The notes under the pieces: model-generated
The model's input: only the letters and a program-made list of their open reading frames with translations
Database searches by the model: none
Told to the model about the DNA's origin: nothing
Translations under genes and position numbers: made by a program
Assembly (NCBI RefSeq): GCF_963921235.1
Contig: NC_086107.1
Location: forward strand, 112,656,001 to 112,720,000
Reading direction: 5' to 3'
DNA length: 64,000 nt
Source: Mobula hypostoma
Lineage: Eukaryota
In this document: positions 50,103 to 63,019 of the stretch, piece after piece
Position numbering within the stretch: position 1 is the stretch's first letter
How the letters are laid out: each line of letters begins with the position of its first letter

Positions 50103-51339
50103 ATATAAATATAAACTGTTAGTTTATTGGAGTTTTTCTGGCCAATACACCACGATCAGTTAAACAGATAATCTGCAAGATGAAAATCAGATTTATACAG
50201 GTTCAGTCAATGTTATGTGATCCCCTGTGTCACTCTATGTGTGACAGAGCAGGTTGGGGAGTAAATGGAAGAGGGATTTAGGTGTAATTCATTTCCGGTT
50301 TTATGAATCCACAGTCCCTCAGGATCTCTTCATTATAATTCATAATTTGTATATTCAGAGTTCAAAAGGCATTGTCTGTGAAGTATAGAATTTAAGTACC
50401 GGCAGGTTATACTGGAACTACATTCATAAAACATAACTTAAGCTTGAATAACTTACATAATTCATACACCACTTTAAAAAAGAGATATGATTGTCTGGGG
50501 AAATCTCCATTATGTCATCAGCACCTGAAATCTAGATGAACTGATGTGGTTTTTGTTAGATTTTTTTTTGTTTGAAGAGGGAGGTGGGGTTTGGGGACTG
50601 AAGGTCTTGTTGTCTTTCATGTGGGGGGAAGGGGCTTTGGGGGTCGATGTTCTTGTGTTCATGTGGGGGAGCGGGGGGGGTGTGGTTTGAAGATTGTGAT
50701 ACCATTCTTTTTTTTTCCATGGAGGGGGTGGGTTTGCTGTTTCTCTTTGAACTGACTTCCATGGTTTTCTTTGTTTCATGGCTATCTGGAGAAGAATAAT
50801 CTCAGAGTTGTAAATTGCATACATACTTTGATAAAGAGTAAATAAATGAACCTTTGAAGCAGAGGAGGCCGAAGGGAGCGTGGATACACGTATATCAGAT
50901 TATGGAGGGTTTATATAAAATAAATAGCCCTAGTAGAGGGGTTAAAATACAGAGTGATTGCATTAAAAATAACTTAACTCAAGGTATTAAAGGAATTATT
51001 TTCTGCTAGGTGTTATTGGGAGTCTCCCTGAAAAAGGAGTGGAGGCAGAGAAGTTCACATCATATTTAAACGTACTTGGATGTGCACAAGGAGTCATAGA
51101 GCAGGCCCTTCAACCCATCTAGTCCATGCTGGACTGTTATTCTGCCTAGTCCCATCGACCCGCAGCTGGGCATAATAAACTGTGACATGCCTCCCAGTGA
51201 CTGAAGATTGGAACTTGACCAACATAGACATCTAGGCCAAATAGCCTCCTGCCTGTATAGTTTCCACTATTCTGTTCCACCTGCAAGTAATAACAACACA
51301 GTGCTCTTATGAGGCACAATTAAGTGTAACATCTTTATA

Positions 51340-52110
51340 TCAAGTCAAGTTTATTATTAACTATATACATGTCTACCATCAATCGAGACATTTCTCTGGA
51401 CCAGGGTGTAAAGTACAGAAGTATATATAACACACAATAACTTGGTAAAGTAAGAATTAAATCTACAAATGAATTACAGTACACATAAAAAACAAAGTAA
51501 AGTGCATAAATTAAATATTATAGGGTGAAGTACAATTTATTCTGTGACACATTGAATGCGATACAGCAGGGAGTTCAGAAGCCTCCTGGCCTGAGGGAAG
51601 AAGCTGTTTCCCATCCTGACCATTCTTGTCTTTATGCATCGGAGTCTCCTGCCTGATGTTAGAAAGTCATAGAGGATGCTGGATGGATGGGTGGGATCCT
51701 TGATAATACTCAGGGCCCTGTGTACACAGTGCTCCTGATAAAAGTCCCTAATGAATGGTAGAGAGACCCCTATGATCCTCTTGGCCATTCTCACAGTCTT
51801 TTGTAGGGACTTCCAGTCCGATGCTTGACTGCTCCCATACCAGATGGAGAGGCAGCTTGTCAGGAAGCTCTCAATGGTGCTCCTGTAAAACTCGGTTAAG
51901 ATGGGGGGAGGCAGGCGCTGGGCAGAACTGCTTGCCTCAGTCTCTTCAGGGAGTGGAGGCGCTGCTGGGCTTTCTTAGTCAGGAAGGTGATATTAAGAGA
52001 CCAGGTAAGCTTGTCCATGATGTGAACTCCCAGGACCCTGGTGCACTTAACTCTCTCTATGGAGGAGCCATGTATGTGCAGAGGGGGATGATTCATCTGC
52101 ACCTTCCTAA
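51340..52110 (-). mobile_element. Rex1/L2-like LINE 3' fragment
   Basis: KKAQQRLHSLKRLR and SFFPQA remnants. Confidence 0.7.
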
Positions 52111-52220
52111 AGCATGCAGAGTTATTATTTCACTCTTTCATATTAAGGACTCCAACCATTTGGGCCATGCCCTCTTCTTGTTGCTGCCACTTGGCAGAAG
52201 GTACAGGAGCCTGAAGACCT

Positions 52221-52890
52221 GGTGGTGGCATCCGTTAGTCTCGCGAGACCATGGATCTGCGCCTGGAAAGTCTAGCTTCAGTCTGTGTTAGAGCAGCGTC
52301 TGTTGTGGCTGTAGAGGTCCACACGGGAATGACAGTCTCGGCTGCAGCGACTGCACTTGAAGGCGCTGTCCTCCAGTGTTGTCTTAGTGCTGTTTTTCCA
52401 ACAAGTGTGCATTTCTTCAGCAGCAAGCCTCAGCTTCTCTTCTCCTCTTTTTATACCTCTGCGTAGTTCCAGCCTCCAGTGAGAGTGATCACTTGAGATG
52501 TCCTCCCACCTCTCGACGTTCATGTTCAGTGAATTCATGTCTCTCTTGTAGACATCTTTGAAACGAAGATGGGGCCGCCCTTGTGCTCTCTTGCCAAAGG
52601 CCAGTTCCCCGTACAGCAGGTCTTTTGGGAACCTCCCATCTGACATGCGGTGTACGTGGCCCAGCGTTGTTGAAGCGGGGTGAAGAGGCTGGGTATCTGG
52701 GCGCGGGCCAGGATCTCATTGTTGGTGGCTCGGTCAGCCCACTTGATGTCCAGGATGTGTCTCAGGCTGCGAAGGTGGAAGGCGTTGAGACGCAGCTCTC
52801 GTCTGGAGTAGAGGCTCCAGGTCTCGCTGCCGTAAAGCAGTGTGCTGAGGACGCAGGCCCTATAGACTGCAACCTTGGTGTGCGTCATCA
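52221..52890 (-). mobile_element. RTE-clade LINE 3' fragment
   Basis: TKVAVYRACVLSTLLYGSETW, PKDLLYGEL, C-terminal CxxC..H, short 3' UTR and (CCA)n tail. Confidence 0.88.
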
Positions 52891-53659
52891 GCTTTCAGAA
52901 GACCTACACCTAGGCATTCGACAACAGCTTCTTCCCCCATTGCCATTTTTAAACTCGATAAAAAGATCACGAAAGACTGTGGATCCATAAAATGAAGAGG
53001 GAATTATACCAGAAGCCCTTCCATCTTGAACAGCCCTGAAAAAGCTCGAATTGACCTTGAACTGTATTTGCCCTCATGTCATTATGTTTATATGTGTTTT
53101 GTTGTGAAAAATTAAGTTAATTAAATTTTGTGCAAATTATGTTTGTCCTGTGGTAAGGTTAAGGTTAGGGTAAAAAGCTAGTTTTCATGACATTGATATG
53201 GATATGTATGCTTGACAATAAGCTTGAATTTTCATTTAAATGTTAAAGTTAACAAGAACATAACAGCAAGGTTTTTAATGTATTATTTCCCATCATACTT
53301 TTATTGATTTACTAACCAAAGAATCACTTTAATTGATTTCAAAGCACTGGCCAAACTTTGAATTCACGACCTTTCATCTGAAATTTCACTCTTAATATTC
53401 AATCAAATCTATATTGCTGGCGATTGTTTTAATAACTTGTTCAATTTTCTAACTTTCTAAAACCTTTGTTGTCAAATTGATAGAATATTTGCTCGAAGGA
53501 GTTTACATTTATTACCTTTAACTTTCTTCCATGCACGCTCAGGGAGAAAACTTCAAATAACATTATGCTTTCGTTTCAGTTTGTTTTGTTCATCAGTTGA
53601 AGTTTATTATTTGTGCATCCTTGAAAACAAAAGTAGGGGCAATTCCATTAATTTGAGCC

Positions 53660-53860
53660 TGGATCGATCTCGTGGCAATCGAACTTGACCGCACAGGAGA
53701 TTCCATTTTGCACAACTACGCGTGCGCGGGGAGTTGTCAGGCGGCCCCGGCGGTTGCCGGGGCAATCGGGTGACGCCGGTTGCCGGGCGACGTTCGGTTT
53801 GATTTCCCGGCTTGCACCGGGAAAGGGAAGGCGGCATTGGTCGAACAAGATGGCGGGTGG
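53660..53860 (+). promoter_or_regulatory. CpG-island promoter of fuz with RFX X-box-like sites, CCAAT and YY1 motif
   Basis: GTTGCCGGGGCAAT 53753-53766, GTTGCCGGGCGAC 53779-53791, ATTGG 53836, AAGATGGCGG 53847. Confidence 0.75.
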
Positions 53861-53933
53861 TGTCCAGTTACTTTGCTTGGCAACCAGCAGTGGCGTGCCT
53901 CTGTACTGCAGGAGCAAGGGGGAGAGCAGGCAG
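53850..53933 (+). CDS. fuz: Fuzzy planar cell polarity protein, coding exon 1 (MAGGVQLLCLATSSGVPLYCRSKGESRQ)
   Basis: Matches the recalled vertebrate FUZ N-terminus (VHLLCLAASSGVPLFCRS); strong Kozak AAGATGG; CAG|GTACAG phase-0 donor; within a CpG island. Exon 2 (LPFSVIGSLNGVHMF-like) not found in the window. Confidence 0.88.
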
Positions 53934-54025
53934 GTACAGTAACTCACTCAAGTTTCACAAAGCCTGTCTGTTTAAAATGATCTTTTACTTACAATTCTGT
54001 TGATCATTAAATACTGCACAGCTAA

Positions 54026-54639
54026 ATTGCACGCTCTGTCCGCCAGAGAAAGCAGGATCTCCCAGTGGCCACACATTTTAATTCCACATCCCATTCCCAT
54101 TCTGACATGTCTATCCACGGCCTCCTCTATTGTAAAGATGAAGCCACACTCAGCTTGGAAGAACAACACCTTATATTCCCTCTGGGTAGCCTCCAACCTG
54201 ATGGCATGAACATCGACTTCTCTAACTTCCGCTAATGCCCCACCTCCCCCTCGTACCCCATCTGTTACTCATTTTTATACACACATTCTGTCTCTTTCTC
54301 TCCTTTTTCTCCCTCTGTCCCTCTGTATATACCCCTTGCCCATCCTTCCTTTTCCCTGGGCCCCCTGTCCCATGATCCTCTCATATCCCTTTTGCCAATC
54401 ACCTGTCCAGCTCTTGGCTCCATCCCTCCCCCTCCTGTCTTCTCCTATCATTTTGGATCTCCCCCTCCCCCTCCCCCTCCCCCTCCCACTTTCAAATCTC
54501 TTACTAGCTCTTCCTTCAGTTAGTCCTGACGAAGGGTCACGGCCCGAAACGTCGACTGTACCTCTTCCTACAGATGCTGCCTGGTGAACAACTTTGATGT
54601 GTGTTTCTTGAATTTCCAGCGTCTGCAGAATTCCTCGTG
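54026..54639 (+). mobile_element. Penelope-like element, 5'-truncated (endonuclease C-terminus, pyrimidine-rich UTR, hammerhead-containing terminal repeat)
   Basis: PVATHFNS..HSHSD..LEEQHLIF.LGSLQPDGMN.DF frame; TSD TGCACAGCTAA (54015-54025, 54640-54650). Confidence 0.85.
54522..54557 (+). ncRNA. Minimal type I hammerhead ribozyme motif
   Basis: AGUC-CUGACGA-AGGGUCACGGCCC-GAAA-CG-UC-GACU. Confidence 0.72.
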
Positions 54640-55001
54640 TGCACAGCTAACTTTGTTTGTAATGATGGCCAGTGTAGTTTATCAGTTATGTAGACGTTTA
54701 TAATCACGCAGGACGATAAGTGAGAGTCCTCTACATAGTTAGAATGAAAATAGAAGATATGATATCTACTGGAATTACCATGTCTGATTCTCTTGGTCTG
54801 GCTAATCACTCAATTATGATTATGTGGACACGCAGTCCCCTTTTATTGTCATTTAGTAATGTATGCATTAAGAAATGATAAAAATGTTTTTCCAGAATGA
54901 TATCACGAAAATACATGACAAATCGACTTAAAAACTAACAAAAACCACATAATTATAATGGATAGTTACAACAGTGCAAAGCAATACCGTAATTTGATAA
55001 T

Positions 55002-55272
55002 GCAGTGGGCACGTGGCCAAGTGGTTAAGGCATTGGACTAGCGACCTGAAGGTCGTGAGTTCGAGCCCCAGCCAAGGGAACGTGTTGTGTCCTTGAGCAA
55101 GGCACTTAATCACACATTGCTCTGCGACGACACTGATGCCAAGTTGTATGCCCTTCCCTTGGACAACACTGGTATCGTGCAGTATGGGCAACTGCTGGTC
55201 TTCCATACAACCTTTCCATACAACTTTCCAGGCACAGATCCGTGGTCTCACAAGACTAACGGATGCCTTTAT
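55002..55272 (+). mobile_element. tRNA-derived SINE with CORE-like body and RTE-derived tail
   Basis: A box TGGCCAAGTGG, B box GAGTTCGAGCC, GTGTCCTTGAGCAAGGCACTTAA core, tail matching ~52226-52272 (minus); TTTGATAAT direct repeats. Confidence 0.85.
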
Positions 55273-57699
55273 TTTGATAATTGAATCAAATCAGTAATTG
55301 AATCAAAAATAGTCTTATTTAAAAAAAGAAGCTATTTCATCTACGGTTGACATGATAGAAAGACTGGTGTTAATTACTGAACCCAAACTACCCTGGGGGG
55401 AAAAAGTGGTCATGAGTTGTCCCCTCAGGTACTTGTGAAGGTCCTCCAAAAGTGTGTAGGAAGTTATAGGATTTAGATCCAGTGGTGAATAAGAGAACAG
55501 GGATATGCTTCTACATCAAGTTGGTTTGTGACTTGGAGTGGGACCTGAAGATGATGGTTATACAGACTTCTCCGTGGCACATGAATTGGATTCAGAGAGG
55601 CAAGATTGAGTAGCCTCTGTCAGTTGTCTATTGCATCTTGTATATGTTACAACCAATATTCATTCTAATTTGTAATGACCAGTGTGCACAAAAATATTTT
55701 TGCCCAGTGACAACATGTGTGCACTGAATAATTTCTCCAGTAAAAAGAGTATAAATAAGCCAGTTCTAAAATCTTCAGACAAATCATCGCAAACTCCACC
55801 TTCCGCATCAGAAACCAGAAATGGAAATGTGATGTGTACAATAGTGAAATATGCTTAACTTGCCAATGAGGTAGAGGGTGACAACCTTTTGTGTGCAGTT
55901 TAAATTCCTCTGTGTGCCAATAGTAAATGATGCGTGAACGCACACACGCCTTAGAGGGAGCATTGGTTACAACCATTGTCTGCTGATAGGGAGGGATGTG
56001 GGTGTCAAGGTTATGGTTCAATTGCTGATTGAGCTGGATTGGTATATAAGTTGTGAGTCATCCAGTCTCAATGTAGCTACCTGTGCATTGATGAGATGGC
56101 CAAGCACAGAAGGCCTTGCCAAACACCTGTGCTCTCTGTCTGTCATAGCCATCTGGAGTTCCTGGTTGCAAGCCATGTTAATTTGCCCCTGCGTTCTCAC
56201 AATATCTGTTCTCAACCTCCTCCACTCAGTGAAGCCAAATGCAAACTAGATATTCTCTGCCTGGGTAGTCTTTATAACCTGATTGTATGAGCATTGAATT
56301 CTCCAATTTCAGGTAACCTGATCCCTCTTCTGTCACTTTCCCTCTTTTTCTGATCCACCCAGGTCCCCATCAACCAATTTCTTTCCATTTCCACCAACTG
56401 CTCCATCTGCTCATCTTCCATTGTTCTCACCTGCCCACCCTACCTCCTCTATTTGGGTCCACACTCCTCCTTCCTTTCTTATCAGTTTTCACCTCCAGCT
56501 TGTTTCCTCCGTCTCTTAATATCTCCACCTCCCAAGGTCTTGTTGATATTCCCACTCTTTCCTTCCCCCACCTGATCCGATCTGCAAATCGGCCCTCTTC
56601 ACTTGGATCTAACCGTCCTTTGGCACCTTTCACTTCGATGGTTCAATTTAATTCCAGAGAATGTGTACAGTATACAACCTGAAATTTGTACTCTTCACAG
56701 ACATCCATGAAACGGAGAGAAAAAACTCAAAGAAAGAATGACAGAAAACCATTAGAACCCCGAAGTCCCCCTCCCCCTCCCATACACAAGCAGCAACAAA
56801 GCATCAACCCTCCACACTCTCCCTCCCCCCACTCGTTGCAGCAAAAAGCATCAACCCCTCCCACCACCCACCATTAAAAGCTATTGTCCATCCCAACACT
56901 TTGACATTTGAGCAGGCCCACTCTCTCTTGCCACAGCGAGTGGGGAGGCCATCAGCTCGCTGTCTTGATGTGACAGTTTGCAGCGTTGCTTATTTTGAGC
57001 TCCCTGACTTGAGAATCAGCAAACTCTCTCACTGTCGAGAGAGCGAGCAAAAGCGGTTGCTGGAGTGCAGAGCCCCCGACAGCCATACCCACTGACTTGA
57101 AATTTTGATCTCCTGTGATGCTTGAATGGGCAACATCGGCGAGGAATTGTGTCGTCCAAGGTCACATCCAAAGACACATGTCTTCCAAGCTACTCCTGGA
57201 GATTCCGAAGTGCCAGTTGCCCGGCAAGTTCCGAAGAGCGAGAACCCACTGTTCATGAAGAACGCAATTTGAGTGCAGCTGTAGATCACGGACTCTGACA
57301 GGACCCCAGCCACCTTGAAAAAGGAAAAAGAAACATGAGAATGGAAGATGTAAACAGCTTCGTGGATGAACTGGAGGAAGTAACCCAGGTCCGCAAAAAC
57401 CTCCGGCGCCCTCTTTAGCCCCTCCCACTCTAAAATTTACTATCTCAATCCAGAGTAAAGATTAGCATCATCTGTCACCTGAATATCCAAACATCAAAAC
57501 GTACAGTGAAGTGCATGTGCTGCTTCAACGACCAACACGTTCTGAGGAGTTGCTGGGAGCAGCCAGCAAGTGTTGCCGTGCCTCTGAAGCAACGTAGTGT
57601 GCCCAGTACTCACTGACCCTAACCAGGATGTCTTTGGAATGTGGGAGGGATCCCATGGGCAGAATATACAAACTCCTCACAGACAGTGGATTTCAGAAT

Positions 57700-58460
57700 T
57701 CAGGATCAGGTTTAGTATCAGGGGCATATGTCATAAAGTTTGCAGCAGTAGCACAATGCAGTACATAATAGTAGAGAGAAAAGCTGTGTATAGTTTGTAT
57801 ATATTTAATTTAAGTAATGCAGAAATATAGAATAAAGAAAGTAGTGAGGTAGTGTTCATGGGTTCAATATCCATTCAGAAATCTGAGAGGGGAAAGAAAC
57901 TGTTCCTAAATTGTTGAGTGTGCATCTTCAGGCTTTTGTACCTCCTTCCTGATGGTAAGAATGAGAAGAGGGCATGCCCTGGGTGATGGGGTCCTTAGTG
58001 ATGGCCACCACCCTTTAGAGGCATCACTGCTTGAAGATGGCTAGCACCCATGATAGAGCTGCCAAAGTTTACAGCTCTCTGCAGCTGATTTCAATCCTGT
58101 GCAGTAGCCCCCCCCCCACCCCGCCCGTACCAGCAGGAGGTGCAGCCAGTCAGAATGCTCTCCACAGTACATCTGTAGAAATTTGCTAGTGCCTTTGGTG
58201 ACATAGCAAATCTGAAACTCCTGATGAAATATAGCCATTGTCGTACCTCCTTTGCAACTATATCAATATGCTGGGCCCAGGATCCTCAGAGATGTTGACA
58301 CCCAGAAACTTGAAATTCTTCATTCTTTCCATTTCTGATCCCTCTATGAGGACTGGTACGTGTCCCTTGTCTTGCCCCTTCTGAAGTCCACAATCAGTTC
58401 TTTGGTCTTACTGAGTTTGTTGCTGCAACACCACTCAACTATCTGATATATCTGAACGTG
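57700..58460 (-). mobile_element. Rex1/L2-like LINE 3' fragment
   Basis: Similar to 35806-36490. Confidence 0.7.
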
Positions 58461-58526
58461 AATCTATTTATACTGGCGGTGTGAAGCGTTACACTAACCA
58501 CAACACTACCATGATGCCCTAGATGA

Positions 58527-58772
58527 AGAAACATAGAAATATAGAAAATAGGTGCAGGAGTAGGCCATTCGGCCCTTCAAGCCTGCACCGCCATTTATTA
58601 TGATCATGGCTGATCATCCAACTCAGAACCCCGCCCCAGCCTTCCCTCCATACCCCCTGATCCCCGTAGCCACAAGGGCCATATCTAACTCCCTCTTAAA
58701 TATAGCCAATGAACTGGCCTCAACTGTTTCCTGTGGCAGAGAATTCCACAGATTCACCACTCTCTGTGTGAA
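58527..58772 (-). mobile_element. CR1 3' end fragment (same family)
   Basis: Reverse complement of ~62760-63000. Confidence 0.88.
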
Positions 58773-60567
58773 GAGTCTCTACCCAAAACATCAACTGCCC
58801 ATTTCCCTCTACAGATGGTGCCTAACCCACTGAGTTCCTTTCTTGCTCATTCTAACACTGCTTGCTAATAACAGGAGTAGTCCATCCAGTTAGATTGTCA
58901 CTGATCTTTGTCTTAAATCTATAAGTCTTGGCTTTTGTCTCTAAAAAGATTGTCAGTTTTAAAAATTTGCCCTTTGTCCCAAGTTTTTTATATATGGAGG
59001 GAGAGATTCCTATATTTTCTCTGCTCTGTGTATGAAGAAGAGTTTCCCAATGGTTTACATCTTGAAGTGACTCCTATAGCTGTCCCTGTCCCTCCCCCCA
59101 CCTTAATTTGGATTCTCCCTCCAGAAGAAAATCCCCCAGTGCTGCAACTCCTCTGAAAATGAAGCAATCCATGCCCACATCGAACATGACCTTGGCCATA
59201 TTTGTGCATGGGCTGGAAGTGCAAACACTGCTGTTGGCATGCAGTCAGCAGGCATTAACTTCCAGCAAGTGATCTCACCTGGACATTCAACAGCATTTCA
59301 CTGAATCCCACACCATCAACATCCTGAGGGTCACCACTGAATAGTGGCTAAAGTGGACTTAACAAATGCTTTTGCTACAGGAGATTAGATCTGGGCCGGT
59401 ACTGTAACGTTTAGCATAATGCTGTACCATGCCAAATGACCCTGGATCAATTCCTGCCGCTGTCAGTAAGGAGTTTGTACATTCTCCCCGTGACCGCATG
59501 GGTTTCCTCCCATATTCCAAAGATGTATGTGTTAGTAGGACTAATGGGTGTTATCGGATGGTGTGGCAGAAGGGCCTGCTACTGTGTTGTATAGAAACAT
59601 AGAAAACCTACAGCACCATACAGGCCCTTCAGCCCACAAAGCTGTGCTGAACATGTCCTTACCTCAGAAATTACCTAGGGTTACCCATAGCCCTCTATTT
59701 TACTAAGCTCCAATTAAATTAAAATAGACAGCATCTGTGAGGGATTCAAAGATTCAAAGTACATTTATTTTCAACGTATGTATGTAGTTTACAACCCTGA
59801 GATTTGTCTTCCCAGAGACAGCCATGAAACAAAGAAACACCATGGGACCTGCTCAAAGAAAAACAACAAACACCAAATGCACAAAAAAAGAACAAATGTA
59901 ACAAGTGACAAAAAAAATGAGTGAAAAACACACAGAAGATAAAACATCAAACCACAGAGTCCTTGAACCAGTTTAGGAGTTCAGCTCAGTTCAGTCTCGC
60001 ACTGTGTCATTCGTTAACTGCCGGCCACAGAGCCAGTCCACTCTGATCAAAATCTCACAAAATAGCTTTTAAAAAAAGAGTAACCAGACACACATAATAC
60101 ATGAACAATAGAGTCCAACCCACAAACCGTGTTGATTAAACCTTGCCCAAGACTCAAGACTCCGCGAGAGAGAGAGAGACACGGTTAAATGTAGGCAGGC
60201 GATGCTGAACACCCACTCACCTTCTGCTCTCATCCTCATTGATTTCAATCTTGCTTGATGCTTTAATCAGCGAGATCAGAGAGAAGCAATGGAGTCCACC
60301 ACGGGCTCGCACCTCGTCCCCCAAGTTTCTTGGCCTCCAGGCTGCACACTCTACTTCAAACCTCACCAAACTCCCTTGGAGACAGAAAAGCACCAGATTG
60401 CATAGCTGACCCCAAATGAAAATCACACGTTCCAATCGCACGTGGCTCGGTAGTGGAATCATACTTGAAAGTAGGAAGTAAAAGTAGTAGTTTTGTGAAT
60501 GGCCTGCAGGATGTCGCGATTGGTCATGTTGTGTGCTGGCATCATCGTTTTCAGTATGAGGGGAATA

Positions 60568-63000
60568 ATGGATTTCTTGGAATGTATGCGGGATGGTTTT
60601 TTGAACCAACATGTCGAGGAACCAACTAGAGAGCAGGCTATTCTGGACTGGGTTTTGAGCAATGAGGAAGGGTTAATTAGCGATCTTGTCGTGAGAGGCC
60701 CTTTGGGTAAGAGTGACCATAATATGGTGGAATTCTTCATTAAGATGGAGAGTGACATAGTTAATTCAGAAACAAAGGTTCTGAACTTAAAGAGGGGTAA
60801 CTTTGAAGGTATGAGACGTGAATTAGCTAAGATAGACTGGCAAATGACACTTAAAGGATTGACGGTGGATATGCAATGGCAAGCATTTAAAGATTGCATG
60901 GATGAACTACAACAATTGTTCATCCCAGTTTGGCAAAAGAATAAATCAAGAAAGGTAGTGCACCCGTGGCTGACAAGAGAAATTAGGGATAGTATCAATT
61001 CCAAAGAAGAAGCATACAAATTAGCCAGAGAAAGTGGCTCACCTGAGGACTGGGAGAAATTCAGAGTTCAGCAGAGGAGGACAAAGGGCTTAATTAGGAA
61101 GGGGAAAAAAGATTATGAGAGAAAACTGGCAGGGAACATAAAAACTGACTGTAAAAGCTTTTATAGATATGTAAAAAGGAAAAGACTGGTAAAGACAAAT
61201 GTAGGTCCCCTACAGACAGAAACAGGTGAATTGATTATGGGGAGCAAGGACATGGCAGACCAATTGAATAATTACTTTGGTTCTGTCTTCACTAAGGAGG
61301 ACATAAATAATCTTCCAGAAATAGTAGGGGACAGAGGGTCCAGTGAGATGGAGGAACTGAGCGAAATACATGTTAGTAGGGAAGTGGTGTTAGGTAAATT
61401 GAAGGGATTGAAGGCAGATAAATCCCCAGGGCCAGATGGTCTGCATCCCAGAGTGCTTAAGGAAATAGCCCAAGAAATAGTGGATGCATTAGTGATAATT
61501 TTTCAAAACTCGTTAGATTCTGGACTAGTTCCTGAGGATTGGAGGGTGGCTAATGTAACCCCACTTTTTAAAAAAGGAGGGAGAGAGAAACTGGGGAATT
61601 ATAGACCGGTTAGCCTAACGTCGGTGGTGGGGAAACTGCTGGAGTCAGTTATCAAAGATGTGATAACAGCACATTTGGAAAGCGGTGAAATCATCGGACA
61701 AAGTCAGCATGGATTTGTGAAAGGAAAATCATGTCTGATGAATCTCATAGAATTTTTTGAGGATGTAACTAGTAGAGTGGATAGGGGAGAACCAGTGGAT
61801 GTGGTATATTTGGATTTTCAAAAGGCTTTTGACAAGGTCCCACACAGGAGATTAGTGTGCAAACTTAAAGCACACGGTATTGGGGTAAGGTATTGATGTG
61901 GATAGAGAATTGGTTAGCAGACAGGAAGCAAAGAGTGGGAATAAACGGGACCTTTTCAGAATGGCAGGCGGTGACTAGTGGGGTACCGCAAGGCTCAGTG
62001 CGGGACCCCAGTTGTTTACAATATCTATTAATGACTTGGATGAGGGAATTAAATGCAGCATCTCCAAGTTTGCGGATGACACGAAGCTGGGTGGCAGTGT
62101 TAGCAGTGAGGAGGATGCTAAGAGGATGCAGAGTGACTTGGATAGGTTGGGTGAGTGGGCAAATTCATGGCAGATGCAATTTAATGTGGATAAATGTGAA
62201 GTTATCCACTTTGGTGGCAAAAATAGGAAAACAGATTATTATCTGAATGGTGGCCGATTAGGAAAAGGGGAGGTGCAACGAGACCTGGGTGTCATTATAC
62301 ACCAGTCATTGAAAGTGGGCATGCAGGTACAGCAGGCGGTGAAAAAGGCGAATGGTATGCTGGCATTTATAGCGAGAGGATTCGAGTACAGGAGCAGGGA
62401 GGTACTACTGCAGTTGTACAAGGCCTTGGTGAGACCACACCTGGAGTATTGTGTGCAGTTTTGGTCCCCTAATCTGAGGAAAGACATCCTTGCCATAGAG
62501 GGAGTACAAAGAAGGTTCACCAGATTGATTCCTGGGATGGCAGGACTTTCATATGAAGAAAGACTGGATGAACTGGGCTTGTACTCGTTGGAATTTAGAA
62601 GATTGAGGGGGGATCTGATTGAAACGTATAAAATCCTAAAGGGATTGGACAGGCTAGATGCAGGAAGATTGTTCCCGATGTTGGGGAAGTCCAGAACGAG
62701 GGGTCACAGTTTGAGGATAAAGGGGAAGCCTTTTAGGACCGAGATTAGGAAAAACTTCTTCACACAGAGAGTGGTGAATCTGTGGAATTCTCTGCCACAG
62801 TAAACAGTTGAGGCCAGTTCATTGGCTATATTTAAGAGGGAGTTAGATATGGCCCTTGTGGCTACGGGGATCAGGGGGTATGGAGGGAAGGCTGGGGCGG
62901 GGTTCTGAGTTGGATGATCAGCCATGATCATAATAAATGGCGGTGCAGGCTCAAAGGGCCGAATGGCCTACTCCTGCACCTATTTTCTATGTTTCTATGT
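60568..63000 (+). mobile_element. CR1 LINE, 5'-truncated, young; ORF2 with two frameshifts and a stop
   Basis: SDHN, KSPGPDG, QHGF, LDFQKAFD, FADD, YKALVRPHLEY; frameshifts ~61890 and ~62000, TAA 62801; (TTCTATGT)n tail. Confidence 0.93.
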
Positions 63001-63019
63001 TAACTCTTAAAGTTGGTCA

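Noticed and set aside
49757..50163. Hydrophobic F/L/S-rich ORFs
   Set aside because: Artefact of the CT-rich tract
53685..53849. Upstream in-frame extension of fuz
   Set aside because: Begins at a non-ATG codon in promoter sequence; homology and Kozak context point to ATG 53850
55007..55078. tRNA gene
   Set aside because: A/B boxes are present but the acceptor stem does not pair, and the sequence continues into a SINE body and RTE tail with direct repeats
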